Shown one piece after another: positions 1 to 8,466 of a stretch of 64,000 nucleotides of DNA. The DNA is from Patescibacteria group bacterium (GTDB taxonomy: Bacteria > Patescibacteriota > Patescibacteriia > SBBC01 > CAIJZX01). Location of the stretch: the NCBI GenBank assembly GCA_038065275.1, contig JBBTRH010000005.1, positions 103,195 through 167,194 of the forward strand, read 5' to 3'. Both the position numbers and the translations under genes were made by a program. Under the pieces are notes generated by a model, which searched no databases, was not told the DNA's origin, and was given only the letters and a program-made list of their open reading frames with translations. The stretch's first letter is position 1, and each line of letters opens with the position of its first letter.

Positions 1-230
1 GACAATAGAAATCGACGATGTATCGACCAATGCCAAACTGCCGTCTAAATCGCCAGCCGTGAAGCCGGTCGTTCTTAAGAAAACGCCAAAGCCGCTGTTC
101 AGCCGGCGTGGCAGTACGACGCAGTTGCCGGCGAAGAGATCTGTGAGATGTGAGATTATACAAACGTGGCATGACCCATTTAGTGAGCCAAGCCACAATT
201 GATTGTTAGTACGTTCAGGATATTCTGTCA

Positions 231-295
231 ACCCCCACCCCACCCCGGCGCACGGCACCACCCCTCCCTAATCAGGGAGGGGACGGGGGTGGGGT
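231..295 (-). terminator. GC-rich compound stem-loop immediately 3' of pilC (CCCCTCCCT-aatc-AGGGAGGGG nested in CCCCACCCC/GGGGTGGGG)
   Basis: Perfect 9-bp hairpin at 261..282 nested in an outer G/C stem. Lies directly after the pilC stop. No U-tract. Confidence 0.35.
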
Positions 296-1506
296 TACGA
301 AATCGCGCTCGACAGATTGTACATCGGCAGGAGGATGGCCATCACGATGACCGCCACCGCGCCGCCCATGATGACCAGAATCAGCGGCTCGATGATGCTG
401 ACCAGGTTGGCCACCATGTTTTCCAGCTCCTTGGCGTAGAAAGCGGCCAGCTTGTCGAGGACGATGTCGAGCTTGCCGGTCTGCTCGCCGACGATGATCA
501 TCTGCGGCAACATCGGCGGCACGACTTTGCTCTGGACTAGGGTGGTGGCGATCGAGTTGCCGGCTTCGACTTCTTGGATGGTTTGCAGGGTCAGTTCTTT
601 ATAGACCACGTTGCCGATCACGTCGGCCACGATTTCCAGGGCCTTCGTGACCGGAATGCCGGAAGCGATCAGGGTCGAGAAACTGCGCGAGAAGCGGACC
701 AGGTAGATCTTCTCGAAGATGGCGCCGAAGACCGGCAGGTGGAATTTCAGCACGTCATACTGCCGGCGGCCGGCCGGAGTCCGCAGGTATAGCCGTCCGA
801 CCGCGACGGCGATGCCGCCGACGGCGATTAACAACCACCAGTAGTGGATCAGAAAGTCGCTGGTGCCCATCAGGGCTCTGGTGGCCAGCGGCAACTTCGC
901 CCCGCCGGCGATCAGCGCGTCGGTCAGCTTCGGGATAACGAAGATCATCATCAACACGCCGATGACGATCATCGCCCCGAGGATGAAGCCGGGGTAGATC
1001 ATGGCCCCGCGAATTTTCCCTTCCAAGTCGTAGTCCTTTTCCTGCTGGTCGGCCAGGTAGTTCAGCGTCTCGTCGAGTTTGCCGGTGGTCTCGCCGGAGC
1101 GGATCATGTAGATGAAAAAATCGGAGAAGGCCTGGGGGTAGCGGGCTAAACTGGACGACAGTTTCGCACCGCCGTCGACTTCGTCGGCCACCTCGGAAAT
1201 GATGATCTTGAAGGTGATGTTCGAGGTTTGCTTGACCAGGATGCGCAGGGCCTGGACGATCGGCACGGTGGCCGAGATCATCACCGCCAGCTGGCGGGCG
1301 AACAGCACCACGTCCTTTTTCGGCACGCGGTTGAAGAACCCTAAGGACGATTGGAACAGCGTGTTCCGTTTCCGTTCGTTCAGCGACACCACGGTCATCC
1401 CCCGCTCTTTGAGCGTGTCCTGCGCGACCGCGTCGTTCGGCGCTTCGACCGCGCCGGTGATGGTCGCGCCGACGTTGTCTTTAGCTTTGTAGTCGTAGAC
1501 GGGCAT
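295..1506 (-). CDS. pilC: type IV pilus assembly platform protein PilC (GspF family)
   Basis: 403 aa. N-terminus MPVYDYKAKDNVGATITG.. matches PilC. Tandem GspF-like polytopic domains. Confidence 0.85.
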   Translation of the reverse strand: MPVYDYKAKDNVGATITGAVEAPNDAVAQDTLKERGMTVVSLNERKRNTLFQSSLGFFNRVPKKDVVLFARQLAVMISATVPIVQALRILVKQTSNITFKIIISEVADEVDGGAKLSSSLARYPQAFSDFFIYMIRSGETTGKLDETLNYLADQQEKDYDLEGKIRGAMIYPGFILGAMIVIGVLMMIFVIPKLTDALIAGGAKLPLATRALMGTSDFLIHYWWLLIAVGGIAVAVGRLYLRTPAGRRQYDVLKFHLPVFGAIFEKIYLVRFSRSFSTLIASGIPVTKALEIVADVIGNVVYKELTLQTIQEVEAGNSIATTLVQSKVVPPMLPQMIIVGEQTGKLDIVLDKLAAFYAKELENMVANLVSIIEPLILVIMGGAVAVIVMAILLPMYNLSSAIS

Positions 1507-1676
1507 CCCGTTAGAAGTTTATAAAGTTATTGGGAACTTGATTCACGGACTGGTGACGGCCTAGCCCCGCCGCTGGATTACATACATAAGTCCATGTGAA
1601 CCGCCAGTGGTTAAAAGGGAGAACGGTCGTTGTTAGAAAATAATTTGTCATATAATTTTTCCAAACTTCTAACGGG
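1507..1676. repeat. Inverted-repeat module 1: 14-bp perfect arms CCCGTTAGAAGTTT (1507..1520) and AAACTTCTAACGGG (1663..1676) around a 142-bp AT-rich spacer
   Basis: Arms are exact reverse complements. pilT stop TAA at 1678..1680. pilC ATG at 1504..1506 abuts the arm. Confidence 0.8.
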
Positions 1677-1677
1677 G

Positions 1678-2748
1678 TTAGCGAGTTGTAAGTTTTAGGT
1701 TGCTAGGATCCTGGGCGTTCTGGAGGGCGTCGTCAAGAGTGATCACGCCGGTGGCCACCAGTTGCGCCAGCGACCGGTCGAGCGAGATTAGGCCGGCCTC
1801 GCGGGAGGTTTGCAGGACGTTGCCGAGCTGGAACAGCGCCCCGTCGCGGATGACCGCCCGGACCGGCGGAGTCGGAACCATCACCTCCGTGACCGCCACC
1901 TGGCCGCCGCCGATCCGCGGCAACAGACGCTGGCTGACCACGCCGGCCAGCACGCCGGCCAGTTGGGTTCGGATTTTCCCGACGTCGGTGGAGGGGAAGC
2001 TGTTGAGGATCTTTTCGATGGTGCCCAGCACCGAGTCGGTATTCATGGTGGTCAGCACCAGCCGGCTAGCTTCGGCCGCGTCGAGGCTGGCGGCGATGAC
2101 CGAAGGCGCGGTGATTTCGGAAATGACGATGACGTCGATGTCTTCGCGGCTGGCGGCGATGATGGCCTGTTCGGAACTGAGCGCGTCGCGGCCGATTTCA
2201 CGCTGTTCAATCAAGCTCCGGTTATTAACGAACAGGTACTCAATCGGCTGTTCGATGGTGACGATGGTCACCGCCCGCGTTTCGTTGATAGTGTTGATAA
2301 TGGCGTTGAGGGTGGTCGTTTTCCCCGCGCCGTATGGACCGGTGATCAGCACCAGCCCCTTGGTCAGTTTAGCGAAGCCGGCCACCACCGGCGGCAGGTT
2401 AAGGTCTTCGATCCGGCGGACGGCCGCGGAGATGACGTGCATGGAAATGGCCGGCGAGCCGCGCTGGTAAACGGCGGTAATCTTGAAGCGCGCCTGGGGA
2501 TTGAGGCTGAAGGCGGTGGTCACTTCTTTCTGGGCCGCTAGCTGTTGGCGCTGGGGGTCGGTCAGGACCGTCTTGGCCACCAGGTCGATGAATTCCGGCG
2601 TGATGATCTGTTCGTCTTCCAGCGCTTTTAATTTACCGTCGATCCGCAGGGTCGGCTGGTTGCCGACCACGAAGTGCAGGTCCGAAGCGTGCCAGCCGGC
2701 GGCAGTGGTTAAGATGCGGTTAAAGGAAATGGAATCCGTCGCTCCCAT
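1678..2748 (-). CDS. pilT: type IV pilus retraction ATPase PilT
   Basis: 356 aa. N-terminus ...ASDLHFVVGNQPTLRIDGKL. Walker A GPYGAGKTTT. PilT/PilU size class. Confidence 0.8.
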   Translation of the reverse strand: MGATDSISFNRILTTAAGWHASDLHFVVGNQPTLRIDGKLKALEDEQIITPEFIDLVAKTVLTDPQRQQLAAQKEVTTAFSLNPQARFKITAVYQRGSPAISMHVISAAVRRIEDLNLPPVVAGFAKLTKGLVLITGPYGAGKTTTLNAIINTINETRAVTIVTIEQPIEYLFVNNRSLIEQREIGRDALSSEQAIIAASREDIDVIVISEITAPSVIAASLDAAEASRLVLTTMNTDSVLGTIEKILNSFPSTDVGKIRTQLAGVLAGVVSQRLLPRIGGGQVAVTEVMVPTPPVRAVIRDGALFQLGNVLQTSREAGLISLDRSLAQLVATGVITLDDALQNAQDPSNLKLTTR

Positions 2749-2750
2749 AG

Positions 2751-3143
2751 TTAGCGCCGTGATTTCAGTTGACGTTTAATCTTGTCCACCACTTCGGACG
2801 GCATAAAGTGGGCTTTGATCAAATAGTCGGCCGCCCCGAGGTCGAGTCCCTGGCTGACGTCGCCTTTCTGGCCCAAATTCGTCAGCAGGATGACCGGCAC
2901 GTCGCGCAGTTGCGGGTCGCCCTTCATCCGGCGCAGGACGTCGAAGCCGTTCATCTTCGGCAACAGGATATCGAGCAAGATCAGGTCCGGCCGCAGTGAT
3001 TCGGCTTTGGCCAGTCCGGCGGCCCCGTCCGTGGCCAGTTCGACTTGGAAATGCTCCATCGTCAACTTGGTGACGTACATACCGGCCAGAAAGGTGTCGT
3101 CCTCGATCAGGAGGATGATGGGTTTGGTGCGGGTGGTAGGCAT
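2751..3143 (-). CDS. single-domain response regulator (CheY-like receiver, PilH/PilG-like)
   Basis: 130 aa. IILLIEDD...D..LPKMNGFDVLRRMK receiver motifs. Embedded between pilB and pilT. Confidence 0.8.
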   Translation of the reverse strand: MPTTRTKPIILLIEDDTFLAGMYVTKLTMEHFQVELATDGAAGLAKAESLRPDLILLDILLPKMNGFDVLRRMKGDPQLRDVPVILLTNLGQKGDVSQGLDLGAADYLIKAHFMPSEVVDKIKRQLKSRR

Positions 3144-3155
3144 AGGCGTGGGTGG

Positions 3156-4910
3156 TTAGGCGCGGGTGACGTCCAAAACTTCGGTGATCGTGGTCAAACC
3201 CTGGAGGGCCTTGAAAATGCCGTCTTGTTTCATCAGGAACATCCCCTGGCCGACAAATGACTGCTGGATATTCTCGATCATGTCGCCGCCGGAGACGATG
3301 ATTTTCTTGACTTCGTCGTTGATGGCCAGCACTTCGGAAATGGCCACCCGACCCTTGTAGCCGGTGTTTTCGCAACGGACGCACCCTTGACCCTGCCAGA
3401 ACTTCAACGGCCGCTTGAGGGACAGGCCGGCGGGAATGGCGGCCGGCGTCAAGGCGCTGACGGCTTTGAGCACCTCGGCTTCGAGATCCGGCGGGATGTC
3501 GGTCGGCTGTTTACAGTACTGGCAAACCCGCCGCACCAACCGCTGGGCCATGACCACGTTGAGGGACGAGGAGATCAGAAACGGTTCAATTTTCATGTCG
3601 ATCAGCCGCGGCACGGCCCCGAAGGCGTCGTTGGTGTGGAGGGTGGACAGGACGATGTGCCCGGTCAGGGCGGCGTGGACCGCCAGGGCGGCCGTCTCGT
3701 TGTCGCGGATTTCGCCGACCATGATGATGTCCGGGTCTTGGCGCAGGATCGATCGCAGGCCGGCGGCGAAGGTCAGGCCGACCTCGGGATTGACTTGCGA
3801 CTGATTGATTCCCGGCATGTAGTACTCGACCGGGTCTTCGAGAGTAATGATGTTGACGCCCTCTTCGTTCATGATGTTCAACAGGGCGTAGAGGGTGGTC
3901 GACTTTCCGGAGCCGGTCGGACCGGTGATCAGGAACATACCGTGCGAACGGGTGGTGGCTTCTTTCATCACCTCCAGGTTCCGGCCGTCGAAGCCGAGAT
4001 TCTGGAGATTAATCAAGTTGGAGGAGGTGTCGAGAATGCGCATCACCACCTTCTCGTTGTTGATCAGCGGCAGGGTCGAGACGCGGTAGTCGATGTCGCG
4101 GCCGTCGATGGTCATGCGGAAGCGGCCGTCCTGCGGGACGCGCGTCTCGTCGATCTTCAAATTTGAAAGGACTTTGATCCGCGCCACCAACGACGAGTGG
4201 ACGTGTTTCGGCAGGATCAGCGAGGTGTGAAGGATGCCGTCGATGCGGTAGCGGATGCGGGTTTCGTTGCCGACCGGTTCGATATGCACGTCCGAGGCTT
4301 TGCCCTCGACCGCGTGACGGAGCACGACCGAGACGATCTTCGACACCGGCGCCGTCTTGACGATTTCTTCCAAGCCGGTGTCCGTCAGGTTGACTTGCTC
4401 CAACTGCTTGGCGGCGCCCTCCTCCGCTCCTTTGAGCGCTTCCTCGACTTCGGCCGATAGGCTGGCGTACTGCTGGAAAATATACTTCAAGCTGGCGCCG
4501 GAAGTAATGAAGTACTTGATCGCCAGGTTTTCCTTGCGGGCGATGAACTCGATGGCTTCCAGGGCCTGGAAATTCGTCGGATCGGCCATGGCCACCGAGA
4601 CGTCGTTGCCATCGCGGGCGAAGGCCACCATCCGGTAGTTGGTGGCCAGTTCCTGGGGGATGATGTTGAGGATCTCGGCCCGGACGATCTTGCCGAACAG
4701 ATCGACCGCCGGGATGTTGTACATCACCGACTTGGCCTTCGTCAGGTCGTCTTCACGAACCGCGCTCGACCGCTCGATGAAAGCGTCGATGGTTTCGTTG
4801 GCCTGCTGAGCCTGGGCCTGCAGTTCGCCGAGCTTGGCCGGGGTCAGGATCTTCTGCGCCAGGAGGATATCGGCCAGGCTCTGGGCGGCAGTCAGTCGGG
4901 GCAGAGGCAT
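3156..4910 (-). CDS. pilB: type IV pilus assembly ATPase PilB (GspE family)
   Basis: 584 aa. Walker A GPTGSGKSTT. N-terminal GspE-N domain. Tetra-Cys zinc motif CQYC...CVRC. Confidence 0.85.
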   Translation of the reverse strand: MPLPRLTAAQSLADILLAQKILTPAKLGELQAQAQQANETIDAFIERSSAVREDDLTKAKSVMYNIPAVDLFGKIVRAEILNIIPQELATNYRMVAFARDGNDVSVAMADPTNFQALEAIEFIARKENLAIKYFITSGASLKYIFQQYASLSAEVEEALKGAEEGAAKQLEQVNLTDTGLEEIVKTAPVSKIVSVVLRHAVEGKASDVHIEPVGNETRIRYRIDGILHTSLILPKHVHSSLVARIKVLSNLKIDETRVPQDGRFRMTIDGRDIDYRVSTLPLINNEKVVMRILDTSSNLINLQNLGFDGRNLEVMKEATTRSHGMFLITGPTGSGKSTTLYALLNIMNEEGVNIITLEDPVEYYMPGINQSQVNPEVGLTFAAGLRSILRQDPDIIMVGEIRDNETAALAVHAALTGHIVLSTLHTNDAFGAVPRLIDMKIEPFLISSSLNVVMAQRLVRRVCQYCKQPTDIPPDLEAEVLKAVSALTPAAIPAGLSLKRPLKFWQGQGCVRCENTGYKGRVAISEVLAINDEVKKIIVSGGDMIENIQQSFVGQGMFLMKQDGIFKALQGLTTITEVLDVTRA

Positions 4911-4914
4911 GCGA

Positions 4915-5196
4915 TCAGCGGAAGGGGTTGACCTGTCCGCCGTCGCGGTTGGCGTCGGCGTTGACGCTCATATCATACGACTTGAGAGTCGTGTAGCGCG
5001 GATCGTTGAGGATCGATTCGCCGAAATTAGTGATGACGGATTTAGTCCGGTTGGCGGCATTGGCGTTGCCTTCCAGGCCGCGATCGGTCAGGAAGAATTC
5101 GCGGAACAGGACGTAGCCGATGCCGGCCACCGCGATCACCACCGCCGCAACGATGACCAGGCGGGAAGCGTGGGAACGTTTTTTTGCTAGGGCCAT
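4915..5196 (-). CDS. small membrane-anchored pilus-operon protein (PilP-position, unassigned)
   Basis: 93 aa. N-terminal TM helix. Tightly packed between pilO and pilB. Confidence 0.4.
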   Translation of the reverse strand: MALAKKRSHASRLVIVAAVVIAVAGIGYVLFREFFLTDRGLEGNANAANRTKSVITNFGESILNDPRYTTLKSYDMSVNADANRDGGQVNPFR

Positions 5197-5200
5197 ACGA

Positions 5201-5887
5201 TTATCGTGGCGGGAGGTAGTAAGTCCGCAGGACCAGCGACCAGCCGGCGGCTCCGCCGCCGGGTTGACTGCCGCCGGTAGAGTCGGCGCCGCCGGCGCTG
5301 AAATTGACCGCGATCACGTCGAACAGGCGCTGGCTGGATTCGATCCGCGACAGCAGGCTTTTGAAGGCGTCATAGGACGTCCCGCCGGATACGGCGATCG
5401 CCACGTCTTGCGTCCTCAAGTTGACGCCGCTGACGGTCGCCGCTTGCACGCTTGACGAACCGCCGTCTTTGCCGGCCGCGGCGGCCGATCCGGCCGACCC
5501 CGCGGCGACCGCCAGCTGTCCCCCCTGACCGACGGTGATGCTGTCCAGCGTCAGCCGTGATTGCGTGACGATGTTCTTGACCGTCAGGATCAAACCCGGC
5601 CAATCCGGATCGGATGGGATGAAGTCGTCGATGTTCCGCCGGCGGTCGGTCGGCAACAGCGTCGAGAACTTGGCGTTCGACTGGGTCAGGGCGGCGGCGT
5701 AGTCCTCCTGGGATTTCAGTTCGGCTTCCGCATTTTTCCGGGCCGTGACTTGGCTGGTCTGGATCTCGGTGATGATCGGCGCCAGCACGATCAGGTAACC
5801 GGCGACCAGGACGATCGCCGCCACCCCGCTGATGAGCCAGCGGAAGTAGTCAGTCAGCGCTTTGATGATGATGGTGGGAGTTTTCAC
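5201..5887 (-). CDS. pilO: PilO-like pilus assembly protein
   Basis: 228 aa bitopic protein with coiled coil. 4-nt ATGA overlap with the upstream gene. Operon position after pilN. Confidence 0.5.
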   Translation of the reverse strand: MKTPTIIIKALTDYFRWLISGVAAIVLVAGYLIVLAPIITEIQTSQVTARKNAEAELKSQEDYAAALTQSNAKFSTLLPTDRRRNIDDFIPSDPDWPGLILTVKNIVTQSRLTLDSITVGQGGQLAVAAGSAGSAAAAGKDGGSSSVQAATVSGVNLRTQDVAIAVSGGTSYDAFKSLLSRIESSQRLFDVIAVNFSAGGADSTGGSQPGGGAAGWSLVLRTYYLPPR

Positions 5888-6864
5888 GGCGATGAGGGTA
5901 ACGACGGACCGGACGGCGTTGATGTATTGGTTGGCGCCGCCGGCGCGGGACCGGTGGATGGGGAACCGCTGGCTCGGTCGAATTCATCGGCGGTCATAGT
6001 AAAGTCGTTCGGCCAGAGCGTCATCGAGACGGCGAAAGTGGTCTTGGGCTGGCCCTCTTTCGTGGCCTGGCTGGCCGCGCCGGTGATGGAAAAGGCGCTG
6101 ATGAATTTCTGGTCGCGGACCAGTTGCTGAAAAATCAAGTACTGCCGGGCCACCTGTTCATAGCCGGTGGTCGTCGCCGTCAAGGTCACGGTGCCGTTGA
6201 GATCGCCGCTGAACGAGGGGCCGTAGGTCACCTCCGGCAAGGTGTACCGCTCGAGCAGGGCGAAAAACTTCGTCCAGCGCGTGTGCCGATCGACCAGCGA
6301 ACGAATGGCGCTGAGTTTTTGCACCGTGACGGCCGCCTGTTGCTGATCCTGGGCCAAGCCGGCGATGCGCTCTTTGACCGCCGTCAGGCGCTGTTCCGTG
6401 TCGGTGATGTGTTGCTTGACATTTCGCTGGTAAACGGCCAAGCCGCCATAGGCCAGGCCGACCACCAGCAACGCCCCGAGGGCGACGGCGCCCAGCAGGA
6501 TGCCGCGGCGGCGCGGATTGACCGTCGTGATCAGGTCTTCCGACAGCAGGTTGACACGATACGAAAGGTCGTCCTCGTCCGGCAGGGGAATGACGGCCGG
6601 CGCCGGCCGCTTTGATTCCGTTAAAATCCGTTCACTGCCCCTTGTTTTTGTGATCATCATTCTGGCCGGGGGCGAGACCGGCGGCGGCATCGGCGTCGTC
6701 GGCAACGGCCGCGGACGGCGGTTGAACAGGGATTTAAAAACGCCCCCTAAACCTTGGCCGGATGCGGCGGCCGGGGTGGTCAGCTCGGTCGGCCCGGGCG
6801 GCATCGGTTTGGCCGCCTGGGACGGGAGTTTCTCAGTGTCTTTGAGCAGATTAACGTCAGGCAT
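5884..6864 (-). CDS. pilN: PilN-like pilus assembly protein (Pro-rich cytoplasmic N-terminus, TM, coiled coil)
   Basis: 326 aa. Operon position immediately after pilM. The ATG abuts inverted-repeat module 2. Confidence 0.5.
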   Translation of the reverse strand: MPDVNLLKDTEKLPSQAAKPMPPGPTELTTPAAASGQGLGGVFKSLFNRRPRPLPTTPMPPPVSPPARMMITKTRGSERILTESKRPAPAVIPLPDEDDLSYRVNLLSEDLITTVNPRRRGILLGAVALGALLVVGLAYGGLAVYQRNVKQHITDTEQRLTAVKERIAGLAQDQQQAAVTVQKLSAIRSLVDRHTRWTKFFALLERYTLPEVTYGPSFSGDLNGTVTLTATTTGYEQVARQYLIFQQLVRDQKFISAFSITGAASQATKEGQPKTTFAVSMTLWPNDFTMTADEFDRASGSPSTGPAPAAPTNTSTPSGPSLPSSP

Positions 6865-7036
6865 CCCCGTTAGAAGTTCATTTAGTAAATCGAATTTCCA
6901 CTCGCGAACAGCCGGCTACCCAACCCTAACGCTGGGAACCGCGCCAAGTGCCTTGTTAGCGGACAGAGGTTGGGGACAGAATTTTCATAACTAATTGACA
7001 ATATTTCCATATTATTTTTCTGAACTTCTAACGGGG
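6865..7036. repeat. Inverted-repeat module 2: 16-bp perfect arms CCCCGTTAGAAGTTCA (6865..6880) and TGAACTTCTAACGGGG (7021..7036) around a 140-bp AT-rich spacer
   Basis: pilM stop TAA at 7037..7039 directly abuts the right arm. pilN ATG at 6862..6864 directly abuts the left arm. Confidence 0.85.
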
Positions 7037-8101
7037 TTAGGTCGGGAGCAGTTCACGCATGGCCAGGCCGATGGCTACCGCGAAGCGCGGGCCGATTTCC
7101 TGCAGGGCCGGTTTCAGCTCGACCGGATAAACTACCCGCGCCCAGGGGTCGCCGATGAAGGTTTTGATGGACAAGGTTTTTTCCAGGTAGGCCGGCAGGT
7201 TGAGCAGGAAGGCCGAGCCGCCGCTGAGCACGATGCGCTGAATCGGCCCGGCCCCTTGCGAGCGGTAGAGGTTAAGCACGAACCGAATCTCGTTGACGAT
7301 CGAACTGATGATGAACTCGACCGTCTTCGGCACTTGCGAGACCTGGCTCTGGCTGACGCTGAGGCCGAAGTCGCGTTTGAATTGCTCGGCCCGGCCGTGG
7401 TCGACGTTCAAGCTCTGGGCAATCGATTTGGTCATGGTGTTCCCGCCGACGTCGATCGAACGGTTGATCAGCGGGATGCCGTCAACCACCACCGCGATGT
7501 CGGTGGCCATGGCCCCGATGTCGACGATCATCACCGGCGCCGGATCGGTGCCGATCAACGACCGTTCGAGCGCCAAGGCTTCGGTTTCCAAATCGACGAT
7601 CTGCAGACCGGCGGCTTTGAAAATGTCGATGTACCGCCGGACCAGGGTTTTCGGAGCGGCGGTGATCAGGACGCGGAGGTTCTTCGGCGCCGCCGGACCG
7701 GCCGGCGCCGGGTGGGTGTCCTTGAGCAGTTTCCAATCCAACACCAGCTCATCGATCGGCATCGGCACGAATTTCTTGGCTTCCCAGCGGACGGCCGAGT
7801 TCAGCTCCTTGCGGTTCATCAGCGGCAGACTGATGATCGAGCTGAAGACGGTGAAACTGGGCAGAGCGGCCACGGCCCGGGTGGTCGAGACTTTGGCCTC
7901 GTGCAAGACCGTTTTTAAAGCGTTGGCCGCGGCCTCGCGGCTGGTGGCGGCGTCATTTTTGACCACGTCGGTCGCCTGCTCGATGTACCCGTAGGTCATC
8001 AGTCGCGGCCGCTGGTTATCTAACCCAAGTTGGACCGCCTTAATGCCGAAGGTCCCGATATCGACGCCGACGAAGCTTTGTTTCGGATTGAATGTTGCCA
8101 T
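7037..8101 (-). CDS. pilM: type IV pilus assembly protein PilM (actin-like ATPase)
   Basis: Likely start MATFNPKQSFVGVDIGTFGIKAVQL at 8101. The longer ORF to 8275 runs through inverted-repeat module 3 and is not believed. Confidence 0.75.
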   Translation of the reverse strand: MATFNPKQSFVGVDIGTFGIKAVQLGLDNQRPRLMTYGYIEQATDVVKNDAATSREAAANALKTVLHEAKVSTTRAVAALPSFTVFSSIISLPLMNRKELNSAVRWEAKKFVPMPIDELVLDWKLLKDTHPAPAGPAAPKNLRVLITAAPKTLVRRYIDIFKAAGLQIVDLETEALALERSLIGTDPAPVMIVDIGAMATDIAVVVDGIPLINRSIDVGGNTMTKSIAQSLNVDHGRAEQFKRDFGLSVSQSQVSQVPKTVEFIISSIVNEIRFVLNLYRSQGAGPIQRIVLSGGSAFLLNLPAYLEKTLSIKTFIGDPWARVVYPVELKPALQEIGPRFAVAIGLAMRELLPT

Positions 8102-8164
8102 AGGCCAGGTTCCCGAGCGTTTGTCCACATCGGGCCGCTTAGAAACGATTTTTGAAGCTGTTTG

Positions 8165-8173
8165 AATATAGCA
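8165..8173 (-). promoter_or_regulatory. extended -10 element TGCTATATT (minus strand), about 60 nt upstream of pilM
   Basis: Minus-strand TTTTGTGCTATATTCAAAC. Same TGcTAyAnT motif as four other promoters in the window. Confidence 0.4.
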
Positions 8174-8215
8174 CAAAAAGGGCTTGCCGTCAAAATTCGC
8201 TTCCTTCGGTTCAAA

Positions 8216-8314
8216 CCCCGTTAGAAGTGGGATAAATTTGTAGAAGCTGGTATCAAATAATCCGCTAAATTCCAAACAATTACAAAAAGAATGTTTCGGC
8301 CACTTCTAACGGGG
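8216..8314. repeat. Inverted-repeat module 3: 15-bp perfect arms CCCCGTTAGAAGTGG (8216..8230) and CCACTTCTAACGGGG (8300..8314) around a 69-bp AT-rich spacer
   Basis: Flanked on both sides by TCAAA. Here the module sits upstream of the pilM promoter, not abutting an ATG. Confidence 0.8.
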
Positions 8315-8334
8315 TCAAACCACTAGCGCAAAAG

Positions 8335-8455
8335 GTGTCGGCGTGTAATTGGTGTTGGTTACCGCTATCACTTCCCCCTCGGCTTCGCCGTATCCCCCTT
8401 CTGAATTCAGAAGGGGGACGCCAGGGGGAAGTGGCAATCTCCCCCAGCGCTTCCA
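8335..8455. repeat. 110-bp structured repeat, copy 1 (nested palindromes CACTTCCCC..GGGGAAGTG and CCCCCTTCTGAATTCAGAAGGGGG)
   Basis: About 93% identical to 40025..40145. Lies between the 3' end of the 1449-aa surface protein gene and the pilM promoter. Confidence 0.8.
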
Positions 8456-8466
8456 GGCACCGGCCC

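Noticed and set aside
1507-1676. MITE (miniature transposon) interpretation of the inverted-repeat-flanked spacers
   Set aside because: Spacer sequences and lengths (8 to 155 nt) are unrelated between copies. There are no consistent target-site duplications; only module 3 has flanking TCAAA. The precise positioning relative to stop and start codons argues for a functional element, not random insertion.
6865-7036. Integron attC-like reading of the GTTAGAA ... TTCTAAC arms (R'/R'' core-site resemblance, GTTAGAC in module 4)
   Set aside because: The order is GTT...AAC, opposite to attC (RYYYAAC...GTTRRRY). TTCTAAC does not fit RYYYAAC. No intI is present. The arms abut coding-gene stop and start codons instead of closing promoterless cassettes.
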